Virus record (IMG/VR): IMGVR_UViG_3300027971_004105
From: a virus
Taxonomy: Duplodnaviria > Caudoviricetes
Strand: one strand, 5' to 3'
Length of the DNA stretch: 64,000 nucleotides
This document shows, piece by piece, positions 42,101 to 51,341 of the stretch (positions are counted from its first letter, which is position 1; every line of letters begins with the position of its first letter). The notes under the pieces were generated by a model. That model worked only from the letters and a program-made list of their open reading frames with translations, was not told where the DNA came from and made no database searches. A program made the position numbers and the translations under genes.

Positions 42101-45100
42101 TTTTTTAAAATAAAATCCACATCATTGGGATCCACAAATCCTGCTGTTTTGATGTATTTTTCAAGATTATTCTTTTCAGGAAAAGGATTATGATTGTAAT
42201 TTTCTGATTTCAAATAAGTTTCATCTGATTTGATTCTATAAACAAAGTCAGGATCTATGGGATTTAGATCGTTGGTCAATGAAATTGGTTGTGGATTCAA
42301 TTTGAATTGTTTTTCATCCAACACATATTCCACTTCATCAAAGCCTGTCGCCGCACCATATTGTCCTGTTCTAATGGCCCATTCTTCATAGAACTCAATG
42401 CTGTCTTTGTTGGCACTGGCCAGTGAATTAAACAATTTTTCCAAAGCATTCTTGGTGCCTTTGTCCTGTAAAAACCCTTGATAAAATTTGTACTGTGCCA
42501 CATCATCATTGATGATATTTTGTAGATATTCTCTCTTTTGATATCCTATCAAATGTTGAGCAAGTTTTTGTTGCTCCACATCAAAATTATCTGTGTCCAA
42601 ATCATAAAAGTCACCAAACTGATTGGTTTTGTATTCAAAGTTGGGTTTCAATGTGCTGACTGGTTTTTCAGACAGTTTGGTCCACTGATCAAAATCAAAT
42701 GTGCTGGATCCTGTGACGTTTAGATTGGCACTGTAATAGAATTGTTTGTATTTGACCACATCACTCATGCTGTAATCTGTGAATGGCTGCCATTCACTTA
42801 TTTTCACTTCATCATACATGAATCCTGGCACATTCAAGGAACCATTCCAATTGCCCACCACATATCCTATCACTTTGATTCTGTCCTGTCTATACCCTGC
42901 TGCAAAATCATAGATCACATCATTGAATACTGTAACATTGTCAATCAATACCACATGTTCTTTTTGAATCAAAGGTATTTTAACAAAATAAATTCCGTCA
43001 CTGGTGTTTTTCACACTCAAAGTAAAGTCGTTGTTTTGTCGCACCACGCTTAATTTTTCTTTGGAAATTTTAATACCATCTGCTTTGAGCACTGCATAGT
43101 CATAAAAATTATCAAACACATTGTCAGCCACCGAAAAAGATGTTTTTAATTGGATTTTATTGGCTGCTGGACTCAATGACAACACTGCTCCGGATTTCCA
43201 GTTTTGTGTGGTCCAGAACATGAACTCTTGAGCACTGAGATTCCAATTTTCCACAGCATTGATTTTCTGATTAAAATTATCAAACACAAATCCTTTGGAT
43301 TCTAAATATTTGCTGTAGCCCAATAAAAAGTCTACCACATGCTGTTGAGTGGGCAGCACTGTGCCATAATTTAATACACTTGTTTCTTTTTCAAAGTTTC
43401 TACTGAACACAGCAGTGATGCCACCTTCAATGGGCAATGAACTTAGTTTGACAAATTTAGAAGAATCAAATTTGCTGCCACTCAGATGATCTCTTTCAGC
43501 TTGATAAAATTGATTTTGATACTGAACAATCTGACCAGCACCGTAGACTTTGTTGGAGATCCAACTCACATAAGATTTGCTCACTCCACCCACTTTTTTC
43601 ACAGAATCATTTTGTTTTTTAATGGGAGCAAAATATTTAAATTCTGGCAGTGTTAGATCATATCCCTTGACTGAAAAACCTTCTGGAAGTTTTTCCACAA
43701 TTACAGCACTGTACACCAATACATCAATAGGTGAACTGGAATTCAAATGAATATCATAATTTTCTTCAGGCACAAACACATTGCTTTGATTCAGTGGTGA
43801 TCTGCTGTCCAATAACAATTTAAATTTTTCTTTTTCTGTGAATCCTTTCACTTTGAATCCCAACTGTTGAGTTAATTCAGTCAAAGTGTTTTGATAATCA
43901 GCATATTTGGTCAATACATCTGTTTTGATGTAATTTGAAATATAATTCACCAAGCCAGAAGTTAACACATAATTTTCATCTGTTCTACTGTTGGGAAATA
44001 CTAAATCTTTCAGAGTGATTCTTTTTTTAGTGGTGGTATATATTATTTCATCCGTGATATTTTTTACAATTCTAGAAGCGTCAAAATTTACACCCATGGT
44101 GTGAGCTGGTCTGTTCAACAGCATGGACTTTAACAGAGCAAATGGATAATTGGAACTGCGTCTCCAAGCGTTTTCCACTGGAGCTTGATCACCAAATTTA
44201 AACTGTTTGGATGATAGAGTTAATATTAAATTTTTAGCGTAGTTGCTGTTGATTGGACTCAACAGTTCACCGTCCTCGTTCACGGGCAAATGATTCAACA
44301 AATCCGTTCTCACAAATCTTGGATCGTAAACAACTTTTTTGCCTGGTTCTCTGATCACACCAGCCTGAAGATCTTCCCAAAGAATCAAGTTGTCACTGGT
44401 GTAAGGTGCTGGACCATACACTGTGTTCCACCAAGTGGGCTGTTCGCTGAAGCCCAACATCTCCCAAGGATGACTGTGTGGTCTATCTGTGTCATAGGCT
44501 TGTTTGTATATGGCTCTCCAAAATCCCAACAATGGAGTGCCAGCAAACGACAGCATGTGTGAATGATTGAACGTAAAACTGTTTGATCCATCATAGAAAA
44601 AATTATTAGTATAATCCAAAGTGCCCACCATACTGTTCCATTTGATGAAATCAGCAGACATAGACTGATCAATGTTGGAAGTTTTATATCCTGTGTTTCT
44701 AAATTCTCCTGGAACAAAGTCAAAAATGTTTCTTATGTCTTTGTTGTATTCAATTTTTATATTGTTATAAATTCTTTTTTCAAGTTCCAACAATAGTTCA
44801 TCTCTGTAATCACCATATGCCACAATGATGCTGCCATCGTGCCCTTGAACAACATCCACTGGATTGATCAATGTGTGATCTGTGTATATTTGTGGTTTGT
44901 ATCTTGGATACAATCCCAATTTGGTTGGTGTGGATGGCACATAGTTGCCGTTGGTGCTTTCATATTCATATATTTCCACCAAATCGTTCACTGCTAATGC
45001 TGTGTTGATCACACAAAAATTGTCACTGTTGAATTCATAATTAATTTTATGATACAACTGCTCACCATTCAAATATACCTGAACTGCTTTGGTATTCAAT

Positions 45101-47871
45101 TGAGCCATGCTGAACTGTTGACTGAGAGCAAAATAAATGTTGCTGTTGTCATACACTTTGAATGTTAATTTTTTAGCAGCACCATAAGGAACCATGTCAC
45201 TGAAATAGAATGGCATGTTGCTGTTTTTGTCTTTGTTAATAATTTTCATTATTTCATCCACATGCTCACGCACTGTGCCACTGAATCCAGAATTTTCTGC
45301 CACTTGTAAAAATGTTTTTTTGAATTTGTCGTATTCTTTCTGAGCAAAAGATACAGATTTAACCACATTCACTTGTTTTTCTGTGATGTGATACAAAGAT
45401 AGATTGATTGGAGCACTGTGTTGAACAAACTTAGTTCCATAAGCAGTTAAATTACCCAAATCTCTCAAATTGTTTGAACCTGGATTTACACCTTCAAATG
45501 AATTCAATTGTTCTATGATACTGTCCACATGATTTACCACTTCACCAAATGTAAAATCATTAAGATTGTCATTCAAAGGATTACTTTCTAAATTGATTGG
45601 TATTTCATAGTATCCTTGATTATTTTTTACAGCATCACTGTGAGTTTTTAAAATTATAGACTGATCACTGTTCAAATCATTGTTCAATTGCACATACAAA
45701 ATGTTATTGATACTTACTGTTTGATATTCGTTGGAATCCAACAATTTATTATCCACATAAACTTTTAGAATCAAATCATTCAATAGTCCACTGTTGTTGT
45801 ACACATCCACAGCAAAATCATTGACTTGTTCTGAAGCAATGTACTGCCTAATCACCATTTGTTTGCTGAAATTTTTGGCTTTGGTCCAACCATGCACATA
45901 TTTGAAAGTGGTTCTGTCACTGTATCTTTTTAAAAATCCAATATCTGTGGATTGAGTCACAAGAGTGTCTTGAGATTGATAATCAAAAGTTTCAGAAAGA
46001 AGATTGAAATCAAACACAATGTCTCCCACATTGTTGACATTTCTATATGCCAAAGGAAATCCCAGTTCAACGTCGTTGGTTCCTGTGCCCACTCTATAAC
46101 TGAAAACTTTGTTGCCTAAAAAGTTTGTGCTGAGATATTTGACAGAATTGGAAAAACTGTCTCCTTCATCGTCAAACACATCAAACAGCGGAGTTTGATT
46201 CACTGCAGTTTTTGCTTGAGCTTCTTTCCAAGATGCGCCATCATAATAAAACATTTTTCCTTGATTGACGGTTCCATTGGTCACCAATACTACTTCATTT
46301 TCCAGCGGTGCTGAATCTGTTGGTTCAATCAATGATATTTGTTTGTTGGTGGGATCACCATCTCCGCCAAAATTAATAATTTTCACAGTGAATATTCTAT
46401 TTTTTACTAGGATATCTGGATCAGCAGTGACCAATAGTCTCATGCCATCCACTAGATCCACTCCATCCACATTGTAACCTGTGGCTCCTTCTATGTCACT
46501 GAACACGTCCTTGGTGAATGTGTCCACCACATCCACATATGGTTTGGCCACACTGCCAAATTTATAAAGTTTTAAACCATTGTCAAATTCTATTATGGGT
46601 CTTTTTGCTCTTAAATTTTCATTCACATCCAGTGTGATATTTTTGTAATCTGCCACTGCTTGCAACACAGACTTATGCACCCATTTGTTGGCTCTGGTCC
46701 ATGGGTTTTTATCCAATGAATTTTTTTTGATCACAATGTAATCTTTTGAGTCTGCTGTGATGTCCTCTATATCATAGGTGTTCTTGTCAAATCCCAAATC
46801 ATCAAATGATTCTAAAGTTTCATCAGCAATATCGTTGGGCACTGCAAAATCTTGTTCATTTATCAATTGAATTGATTCGCCCACTCCTTCCACATACCAT
46901 TCATTTTGAGCATATTTGGCTGGAGTTACATTGCCTTTGAAATTTATTTTCATACCATTGGACAATGATAATCCGTTGGTTAATGTGAAACTTTTTTTAC
47001 CAATAATTTCTTTTTCTACATTTATTTCACTGTTTTCTATTATTTCATCAATTTGTATCAGTCCATAAGCATTGATATCATTGGCTGACACATAATATAA
47101 AGTGTCTGGAGTATTCACTCCCACTGTGAAGATTGTTGTGCCTTGCTCCACATTTTGTTGATCCACTCCTTCATTGTACAAATAACTGTCTTGTAAAATT
47201 CTAGCAGTTCTAATAGTGAATGGCATGCCAGGAGTATCAATGTCAAATCGATATGTGATACCTTTGAACAATTTTATGGTGGCATTTTGTGTCAAACCAT
47301 CTGGCGATAACACATAAGCATAATTGTCCAAATTATCTGCCAATCGCACAGTGTAAGTGCTTTGAATCTGCTGTTGAATGCCTGTGATGGTGATCACTTC
47401 AGGACCTGAAGTTAACCAGTAGTATTCTCTAAAATTTACAAACTTGTCCCAATCAATATTGGGATTCCAACTGTAGTATTCTTGACTGTTTAAAACGCTG
47501 TGATTGTCCACATTGCCTGATAAACTTTTAATTTGATTGATGTAATCCACATAATCTTTGTAAAACACCACATTGTTTAAATTGTCTCTTCTAACCACCA
47601 CAGGTTCAAATTGATAGTTTTGTCTGTCATCTGACACTTCGTTGATATAGTTGTCTTGAATCTCAAATGCTTTGGCGGTTTTTCTGCCATAGAACGCACT
47701 GATTTTTTCCACAGTGCCTGGATTTAATAATTGATCCAACGTGCTGTGTAAAAATTTTGTATTTGTGGGTGTTCTAAAATATTTGGGAAGTAGATTAGAA
47801 GTTTTTCTATCTGATGTGTTTTGATTGCCTTTGGGTAGTGGAAAATCTTCTTGATTATTATCGTAAGCCAT
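33184..47871 (-). CDS. Giant (4895 aa) virion baseplate/tail protein
   Basis: Uninterrupted ORF coupled to the gp6-like gene (TAATG overlap). FG-GAP-like propeller repeats, G-x-GY..P repeats and multiple F-x-GDGS repeats. Confidence 0.8.
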   Translation of the reverse strand: MAYDNNQEDFPLPKGNQNTSDRKTSNLLPKYFRTPTNTKFLHSTLDQLLNPGTVEKISAFYGRKTAKAFEIQDNYINEVSDDRQNYQFEPVVVRRDNLNNVVFYKDYVDYINQIKSLSGNVDNHSVLNSQEYYSWNPNIDWDKFVNFREYYWLTSGPEVITITGIQQQIQSTYTVRLADNLDNYAYVLSPDGLTQNATIKLFKGITYRFDIDTPGMPFTIRTARILQDSYLYNEGVDQQNVEQGTTIFTVGVNTPDTLYYVSANDINAYGLIQIDEIIENSEINVEKEIIGKKSFTLTNGLSLSNGMKINFKGNVTPAKYAQNEWYVEGVGESIQLINEQDFAVPNDIADETLESFDDLGFDKNTYDIEDITADSKDYIVIKKNSLDKNPWTRANKWVHKSVLQAVADYKNITLDVNENLRAKRPIIEFDNGLKLYKFGSVAKPYVDVVDTFTKDVFSDIEGATGYNVDGVDLVDGMRLLVTADPDILVKNRIFTVKIINFGGDGDPTNKQISLIEPTDSAPLENEVVLVTNGTVNQGKMFYYDGASWKEAQAKTAVNQTPLFDVFDDEGDSFSNSVKYLSTNFLGNKVFSYRVGTGTNDVELGFPLAYRNVNNVGDIVFDFNLLSETFDYQSQDTLVTQSTDIGFLKRYSDRTTFKYVHGWTKAKNFSKQMVIRQYIASEQVNDFAVDVYNNSGLLNDLILKVYVDNKLLDSNEYQTVSINNILYVQLNNDLNSDQSIILKTHSDAVKNNQGYYEIPINLESNPLNDNLNDFTFGEVVNHVDSIIEQLNSFEGVNPGSNNLRDLGNLTAYGTKFVQHSAPINLSLYHITEKQVNVVKSVSFAQKEYDKFKKTFLQVAENSGFSGTVREHVDEIMKIINKDKNSNMPFYFSDMVPYGAAKKLTFKVYDNSNIYFALSQQFSMAQLNTKAVQVYLNGEQLYHKINYEFNSDNFCVINTALAVNDLVEIYEYESTNGNYVPSTPTKLGLYPRYKPQIYTDHTLINPVDVVQGHDGSIIVAYGDYRDELLLELEKRIYNNIKIEYNKDIRNIFDFVPGEFRNTGYKTSNIDQSMSADFIKWNSMVGTLDYTNNFFYDGSNSFTFNHSHMLSFAGTPLLGFWRAIYKQAYDTDRPHSHPWEMLGFSEQPTWWNTVYGPAPYTSDNLILWEDLQAGVIREPGKKVVYDPRFVRTDLLNHLPVNEDGELLSPINSNYAKNLILTLSSKQFKFGDQAPVENAWRRSSNYPFALLKSMLLNRPAHTMGVNFDASRIVKNITDEIIYTTTKKRITLKDLVFPNSRTDENYVLTSGLVNYISNYIKTDVLTKYADYQNTLTELTQQLGFKVKGFTEKEKFKLLLDSRSPLNQSNVFVPEENYDIHLNSSSPIDVLVYSAVIVEKLPEGFSVKGYDLTLPEFKYFAPIKKQNDSVKKVGGVSKSYVSWISNKVYGAGQIVQYQNQFYQAERDHLSGSKFDSSKFVKLSSLPIEGGITAVFSRNFEKETSVLNYGTVLPTQQHVVDFLLGYSKYLESKGFVFDNFNQKINAVENWNLSAQEFMFWTTQNWKSGAVLSLSPAANKIQLKTSFSVADNVFDNFYDYAVLKADGIKISKEKLSVVRQNNDFTLSVKNTSDGIYFVKIPLIQKEHVVLIDNVTVFNDVIYDFAAGYRQDRIKVIGYVVGNWNGSLNVPGFMYDEVKISEWQPFTDYSMSDVVKYKQFYYSANLNVTGSSTFDFDQWTKLSEKPVSTLKPNFEYKTNQFGDFYDLDTDNFDVEQQKLAQHLIGYQKREYLQNIINDDVAQYKFYQGFLQDKGTKNALEKLFNSLASANKDSIEFYEEWAIRTGQYGAATGFDEVEYVLDEKQFKLNPQPISLTNDLNPIDPDFVYRIKSDETYLKSENYNHNPFPEKNNLEKYIKTAGFVDPNDVDFILKNYDDILSIDTAKLKFDQYVWIGFFKQSWQVYKHIKTDYKVLSVTEANNLVTVVTDLYSNVSVDDIISVSIPQQNSKQLFKVKTVSLDQIVCHKNGNTVLTVNDGSSHGYLGTFVSNKLSNLESINAKAQDSGGFKNNDLFWVEDDNNAEWVTLKNNKVWQNHQQIVNFNTDSMASYGTAMSVDGSNNVMAVSDLNLGIYIYKRGSDSGQFTLRQVIDVPQNIWTGNADFGASLDISADGKYIVVGAPKASQVRSYYKGNYSTITAYDVGDIVKHKEQLWKVVNPVLGQDPSVDFTTFDAASFWSEVEFDAGINAYPTIKQMITGNYSVAGVSTDHLLIRAGSQQYRGSAVGDTLVLYWNNLTTEYPTGNTPFNGTATGIDKTFIDGAHTIQEKVDEIINIDLTLLTPTVGDTLSTEDADGEVVYVFSQGTQSIIYLSNVNGNFADSDQIKLGVFPVGDYTRVIAEDYDLTLAGWWLINIPSPGTVSAQADSKKSLVIRDIIKAGDPRTAFLYFNSLDTQQSQSVLPTIITPASQLSILTYDKQFTISGYSAFTGSIDDSRYLIRAPKAMSDVLPTATYDEVGVWFNTIQTGVPLSVTEPTALDLPFEDLNGVKEIIDVWNGFLRVLAQPDGLGTFYVPTVGDTVQDDATGSQAEVTYVKVVGFNVLQIYIKNKTGSFSVGTDFGPSVNLTLIGTPNRTVGVIQRSELEDAVVGSLFVFDQGSALVPTSNSAYHFINGLEYYLYQDITQDGVSRAASVPSRINRDYEQVFNIPAGLGYTSALTNQGLFLIYERLTNGNYVLTSSYLVPNMNNGTNLGLKTVLRQHNAVTTLYVSSAATATDTGKIYFVKKSSTQNWNLSVDPNYTGLFDISSVYRTNDLIAYNNIIYKSLTNQGPSSFVSTFWQPQTEGIDYQGYVPHDPNDDSTPTLEGDSTINISQLQNFGYTFDVNDSGSVLAVSVIDFIDSSSPTQNKVVIYRLVNGRYQYSQTLISPDSGEDNTDFANAVAVSNDGMFIAVGSPQADQTATDGGVVYVFKQTNGVYVNTQTLTSPQPQTTEKFGTNLDFDGDTLAISSLNGDMEINFSLDTNNTYFDAGATTFNNKLLDTGSIYVYENFNNVFVFADEFSVNDQDLVNFGKNIKINNNHVYASLSNYLNDHSSPYTEGLIFDFRKPNLTQTWNAHKTPVMSVDVDKIKEIFLYNTKNNKLLQKLDYIDPIQGKIAGIAEQELYYKTYYDPAVYTVGISGLSIDAQNSWHKEQVGRLWWDLSTVKFYDANQGNIIFTTNYWNKIFPGSSIDVYEWVESKYLPTEWNNLSDTKQGIVLGISGTTKYNNSVYVSKQVYDFISNSFSNRYYYWVKNKKTLPNIDSRKLSAYEVFQLIEDPKKQGYKFVSLLSKNQFAVNNIDNFLENKDTAINFKIWTIKNQDINIHNEFQLISEGIPYSKPKKEIEAVWFNSLIGYDEQFRSVPDENLSFKYKYGTLRKPRQGWFVNRIEALKQVIERANAVCKTNLITDTRDISRLNEFEESPSTITRLYDLTKDTLADLSFVGTANIEQAVLIPVIQNNKIVDVSIVNPGRGYRVVPTYKIIDSPGTGSGAELEFEINISGQITSVTVNKQGSNYSANTRIEVRKFSVLIQSDSEIGNKWSIHQWDSDLLEWQRILSQKYNVNQHWSYDDWYSVGYSKFTEVNHTVSDSYKLLLINDELGDIVKIENVGTGGWVLLEKIDNQNDVDYTINYKTIGRQNGTVQFSNSLYNFSQSTVGFNSTSYDVTVYDNQPITETRIILETLRDNIFVDELEVEYNKLFFSSLRYVFSEQSFVDWAFKTSFVKAQHNVGELNQRVVYKNDNLSNYQDYINEVKPYKTKVREYISAYESIDNSRVNVTDFDLPATYDPVSKKIVVSYAKVINDQIANSNITSIYPNKHWLDNVGFKVTTIKISNVGSGYLGTPTITITGGGGTGATAKAFVSNGRLTHIQIVDSGSGYLSAPTVNISGSLSTTGVAGQAVAILGDSLIKSTHIRVKFDRTTGTLLISNLTRTETFVGTGNQLTYSLKWPINLKSSKVKVIVNQRPALFSEYVYSNEEDNTKSYLRTQGRVTFEQPPALGSAIQIQYEIDANVLQTQDRVNHLYEPITGMLGNDLSQLIEGIDYGGVEVRSLSFGGGTGWDSEPYFTTTWDTYDTTYEDEVFRLDGSTNTFNLSQALSAGAIYNIYKNGVRIDDPNYGTAQPVTNPNALMKTIQGDGSTTVIQINEQLIPTVANDVIVIRKSTSDGSFLPDPDAYDTLLQGGDLAYNTATGILSQDIIVDGDGFVTPTTSKGPEELVPGQVLDTVDIQVYDRSGETGSRINSYNYLGDSSTSVFAIDSLPQSQEGVFVKVNNQILDNSAFTTNFANKTVVLNSVPANNAQINIITMSMNGEKIVDTDVFTGDGSTFIFVTRAKFNINQSSFVKVNGQTATYVLEETDSGYQYTNKTLIRFAVPPAVGSVITYVIYSSVSKTFSEVTYDEFTGDGSTIVYDLSQTPFNQEPLTHNVIVKVGNNILNAGYNERFNVTAVREYALKSWQQPFGSVLRTDVRAFLNGVELNSVEYRWESANSSVVLEAGIGTVGDILKVYVISDGDYVIGGSGGYTLTLDTAPTLGQTIKVWQFTNHDVLQIERTNYDIIARDTLVVDSNNYFEYQNLTNGIVRLRQSAVDAQYVWVAINGTVLSPSVDYKVFNDQQTLKIKSTIQANDVIDIIHFTAPKYVSKFGFRQFKDMLNRTHYKRLGNDNKYYLTQTLHWYSQEILLSDTVGLTEPNVSLGRPGVLFIDGERIEYFLLFADRVGQLRRGTLGTGVKDNYESGTEVFDQSAFQTVPYKDETITEIFTSDGSTENITLSWIPQSVNEFEVFVAGRRLRKNSIRSYNATLGMDSPEADVILPAEFSVSGTSTICTLLVAPPVNTKIIVVRRIGKLWNNSTPLSQTENDIARFLRAKEVSLPQ

Positions 47872-50800
47872 TAGTAACTCCCGTTGAAAGAAGCACTGCT
47901 GATACCCACATTAATGTTTGGAGTAGATGTGACAATTGACCCACTGGATTTTAATTTTGAAGCAGTTATGGCGTCAATTATTTCAACATCATCCACTGTG
48001 GCACCACTGATAAAAATTTCATCGCTTTCAGATTTAATTTCAAACAAACTGCCAAAGGATTGAGATGCTTGATCCGGAACTATCACAAAAGTCACTATAT
48101 CTGGAGCCAGTTGAGTCATCACGTATGTGCTGAGTTCTGAAAAATAAAATGTATCACCGAAATCCCAATTCTCCAGATCAAAGTATTCATTCACAGCCTG
48201 AATCACTCTTACCTTCACATCATCATCATTCACCACCTCATTGGTGTTTTTGACCACTTTGAACACTGATTGAAATTTAACATCTGCTTTGTCTCCAAAC
48301 AAAATTTTGTATTTCACCGGATGATAGATCACTTCATCACTGATGGATTTGATTAGATTGATGTCTTTGCCAAAATTTTGATACATGGAATCAGAACTCT
48401 GTGGCAGGGGTTTATTTTCAATATCGTTAGACAACCAAGATCTGAATTCTGTGTCATAAGATCTTGTCAACAAAAATATATCAATGATATTGCTGGAGCT
48501 GGGATCTATTCTATTAGAGCTGTCTGTGCTGTGTACGTACTGAAATTTTAAACTATCACGACCGTTGTATGCTCTATAATCACTCACTGTGGTCAAAACT
48601 CCTGTGGACACATTCAATAATTTAAAAACACCAGTGGTGGTGTTGTAAAACACAGTATTTGTGTCATATGAACTGTAGGATCCAATGTTGTTTTCACTGC
48701 TGATTGATTGAATATTTTCACTATCAGCATTCACATAATTAAAATCTTCCACTCCATTAGATGTAATCTTTTTTTGATACACTAGAGTGCCCGCAGATAC
48801 TAAATTTTCAAAAGATTCTGGATTGTCCATCAGTCCATCATCATCTGAATCAAAATAAGTAATTTCTATTTTTTTACTGTCCACATATCCTTGTGCGTCT
48901 TTGTATTCTTCCACCACTTGCCAGTTGACATTGTCCAACATTGGAGTCAAAACTCCTGGAGCATTGTTGATATTCAACACTGTGATTTTGTCTTTGATTA
49001 TTTTGCCAGTGTTGGTGTTGTAATTTTTATCACTGCTATCGTAATAGAATCTTATCTCTTTGTCGCTTTCAAACACATATCTCACACCTTTGTAGGTCAC
49101 TGTGTACAGTTCTGTGTCTGTGGTAAACAGCAATAACCAGCTGGCATCCAATTGTTGATTGCTGATGTCACCTGTTTTGCCCATGCTGAAATCAGCATAA
49201 ACATTGAGGTTGTTTTCATCGATTACCACCCAATCTCTAGCTGCGATATCGTATCTCAATCCAAATGTACTGTTGGCAAATATTTGATCCAACATTTCCA
49301 ATTTGATATCTGCGGACAAAAATTTTGTAAATTTAGGCACTATCTGAGCCAACACAGCATCAGTGGGTATTACATCATTGAGAATTATGGGACCGCTGTT
49401 GTCATTTTGAATCAATGTGCCATTGTCGATCACATTCACCACTGTGGCCCATCGCACTGTGCTGTCTCCCAATTGTGAAGGGGATCCTGTGAGCAATTCG
49501 CCTTTGGCTGTGAAGTATTTTCCAGTGGGTGCTGTAAATTTTAATTGTGCACCAATTTCTAAATATTTTAACACACTGTCTGTGAAAGTGCCCACTTCTA
49601 ATTTGTTACTGTCACTGTCTGCAAGATATCCAGTGCTGAGATTGCTGCCATTGGTGGATTGATACCATTCAGTTGCCACATCTGTAGTAATAATTTTAGC
49701 AAAATTGTTCAAATAAAAATTAAATAATTTTTTGTTGCTCAACAAAGGTTCAATTGAATTGTTAATGATTCCTTCAATGTCAGTTCTACTCACATAACTG
49801 AAAGTAAAATTATTATTAATATTTTCTTTGTAAATTATTCCATCACTGCCGTACAAATTAGTGCTGCTGTATTTGCCGGTAGCATCCAACAGGTCAAAGT
49901 ATCTGGACACTCCACTGCTGATTCTATTCACTGATTTAATTTTAATAATTTGTTGATTCACTGACAACGGAGCCACATTGTAATCTTCCCCTGTGATCAT
50001 TCTGTTCTGCGTGTAGTAAGTGGCAGGTGCGTTGTTTTTTATAGAACTATTTGATTCAGAATTGGTTGCGTTGTCCACTGTGTATTGCAGTGCCAAACTG
50101 ATTGTGAGTGTTTCGTCTTTGCCTGTGGCACTGACATAAGGCACTGTGATTTCAATGTTGATTAAATCTGCTGGAACAATTTTAAACTGTCTATTGTCAC
50201 TGGTTCTGTAATATGTTCTAAATTTGCCTTTGGGTAAATTTCCAAAAGTGCCGTCAGCAAATTGCAGATTGACTCTGTCTTCAGTTCTAGTGATCACACT
50301 GTAGATATTTCTAATAGATTTTGCAGTGCTGTTGTAGATCACGTTGTTGCCTTCGGTAGCACTCACTTTGGTCCACAATTCTGTTTCGTTGCTGTTGCTG
50401 TCCAGTTGATACAGCCACACATCTGATTGATTGATGTTGGTGGCATCCAATCCAACCACTTGATTGGGAGTGGATAGGTCCACTGAAAAATCTCCTTGTT
50501 GCAGTGTGCCTTGTCTGAAGTGAAAGAAAAATCCTGTGTTGCTGCTGGCATTGCCTCTGCCATCTTCTTTGTAAACAAATTGTAATTTGTTTGTGGGCAA
50601 AGGAGATAATTCTGTTAATTCTCCATCTTTCAAATCCACACTGACCACTTCAAAGGCAGTGTTTCTGCCATCTATGGTTTTTGTGAATGAAAACACTGGT
50701 ACTTCTTGTAGGTTTGAATTGAATTGATAAAGTTCTGTGGGAATTCCATTCACAGTGTCTATTTTGTTGGGTCTTCCTATTTTGCCAGTCACTGGTAGAA

Positions 50801-51287
50801 TTGCATTCAACACTTTAATAAATTGTTCATACCAATCTTCATTGCTGGGATCATTCCATATGATGGTTTGATTGGCTATGTTGATATTGTTGCTGTCTAT
50901 GATCTCTTCTGAAGTGCTGATGGCATCAATTTTTAATAAACCGTTGGCTGGTTGATTACGCTTGGCATTGTAGCTCAACAGTCTAGCAAGACGCAACACT
51001 GATTCTCTGCGTTCTGCTAATTCTATAAAATTTTCTCTGGCATTCAAGTCAATTCTGAATGCAATGTTTTGTCCCAAGAAAGCAATCAAATCAATCAGAG
51101 CAAGATATTCACTGCTCTCTAAATAATCATTGAAATCTTCAGGATAGTTTTGACGCAGATAATTGATCATGGATCTGCGTAGATTGTCAAAATCATAACT
51201 TTTGAAATCGGCATTTCTGAAGCTCTGATAGACTTTTTTCCAGTCCTCTGCCAGCAATAATTTGTTCAATCTATCTGTGGATGACAT
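47871..51287 (-). CDS. gp6: Baseplate wedge protein, T4 gp6-like
   Basis: DFDNLRRSMINYLR...FNDY..SS...LIDLIAF.GQ...F..D.NARE.F...A.RRESV, then R-x-x-T-x-x-DY. Confidence 0.8.
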   Translation of the reverse strand: MSSTDRLNKLLLAEDWKKVYQSFRNADFKSYDFDNLRRSMINYLRQNYPEDFNDYLESSEYLALIDLIAFLGQNIAFRIDLNARENFIELAERRESVLRLARLLSYNAKRNQPANGLLKIDAISTSEEIIDSNNINIANQTIIWNDPSNEDWYEQFIKVLNAILPVTGKIGRPNKIDTVNGIPTELYQFNSNLQEVPVFSFTKTIDGRNTAFEVVSVDLKDGELTELSPLPTNKLQFVYKEDGRGNASSNTGFFFHFRQGTLQQGDFSVDLSTPNQVVGLDATNINQSDVWLYQLDSNSNETELWTKVSATEGNNVIYNSTAKSIRNIYSVITRTEDRVNLQFADGTFGNLPKGKFRTYYRTSDNRQFKIVPADLINIEITVPYVSATGKDETLTISLALQYTVDNATNSESNSSIKNNAPATYYTQNRMITGEDYNVAPLSVNQQIIKIKSVNRISSGVSRYFDLLDATGKYSSTNLYGSDGIIYKENINNNFTFSYVSRTDIEGIINNSIEPLLSNKKLFNFYLNNFAKIITTDVATEWYQSTNGSNLSTGYLADSDSNKLEVGTFTDSVLKYLEIGAQLKFTAPTGKYFTAKGELLTGSPSQLGDSTVRWATVVNVIDNGTLIQNDNSGPIILNDVIPTDAVLAQIVPKFTKFLSADIKLEMLDQIFANSTFGLRYDIAARDWVVIDENNLNVYADFSMGKTGDISNQQLDASWLLLFTTDTELYTVTYKGVRYVFESDKEIRFYYDSSDKNYNTNTGKIIKDKITVLNINNAPGVLTPMLDNVNWQVVEEYKDAQGYVDSKKIEITYFDSDDDGLMDNPESFENLVSAGTLVYQKKITSNGVEDFNYVNADSENIQSISSENNIGSYSSYDTNTVFYNTTTGVFKLLNVSTGVLTTVSDYRAYNGRDSLKFQYVHSTDSSNRIDPSSSNIIDIFLLTRSYDTEFRSWLSNDIENKPLPQSSDSMYQNFGKDINLIKSISDEVIYHPVKYKILFGDKADVKFQSVFKVVKNTNEVVNDDDVKVRVIQAVNEYFDLENWDFGDTFYFSELSTYVMTQLAPDIVTFVIVPDQASQSFGSLFEIKSESDEIFISGATVDDVEIIDAITASKLKSSGSIVTSTPNINVGISSASFNGSY

Positions 51288-51307
51288 AAGTTCTCATTGG
51301 TTAAACT

Positions 51308-51314
51308 TATTTAT
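51308..51314 (-). promoter_or_regulatory. Late promoter ATAAATA
   Basis: 20 nt upstream of the gp6-like start. Confidence 0.6.
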
Positions 51315-51341
51315 TATGTTTGATTAAATGCTCAGTTAATT

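Noticed and set aside
33775-46477. Many 60-145-aa ORFs inside the giant gene
   Set aside because: Off-frame or antisense shadows caused by the codon bias of the 4895-aa ORF.
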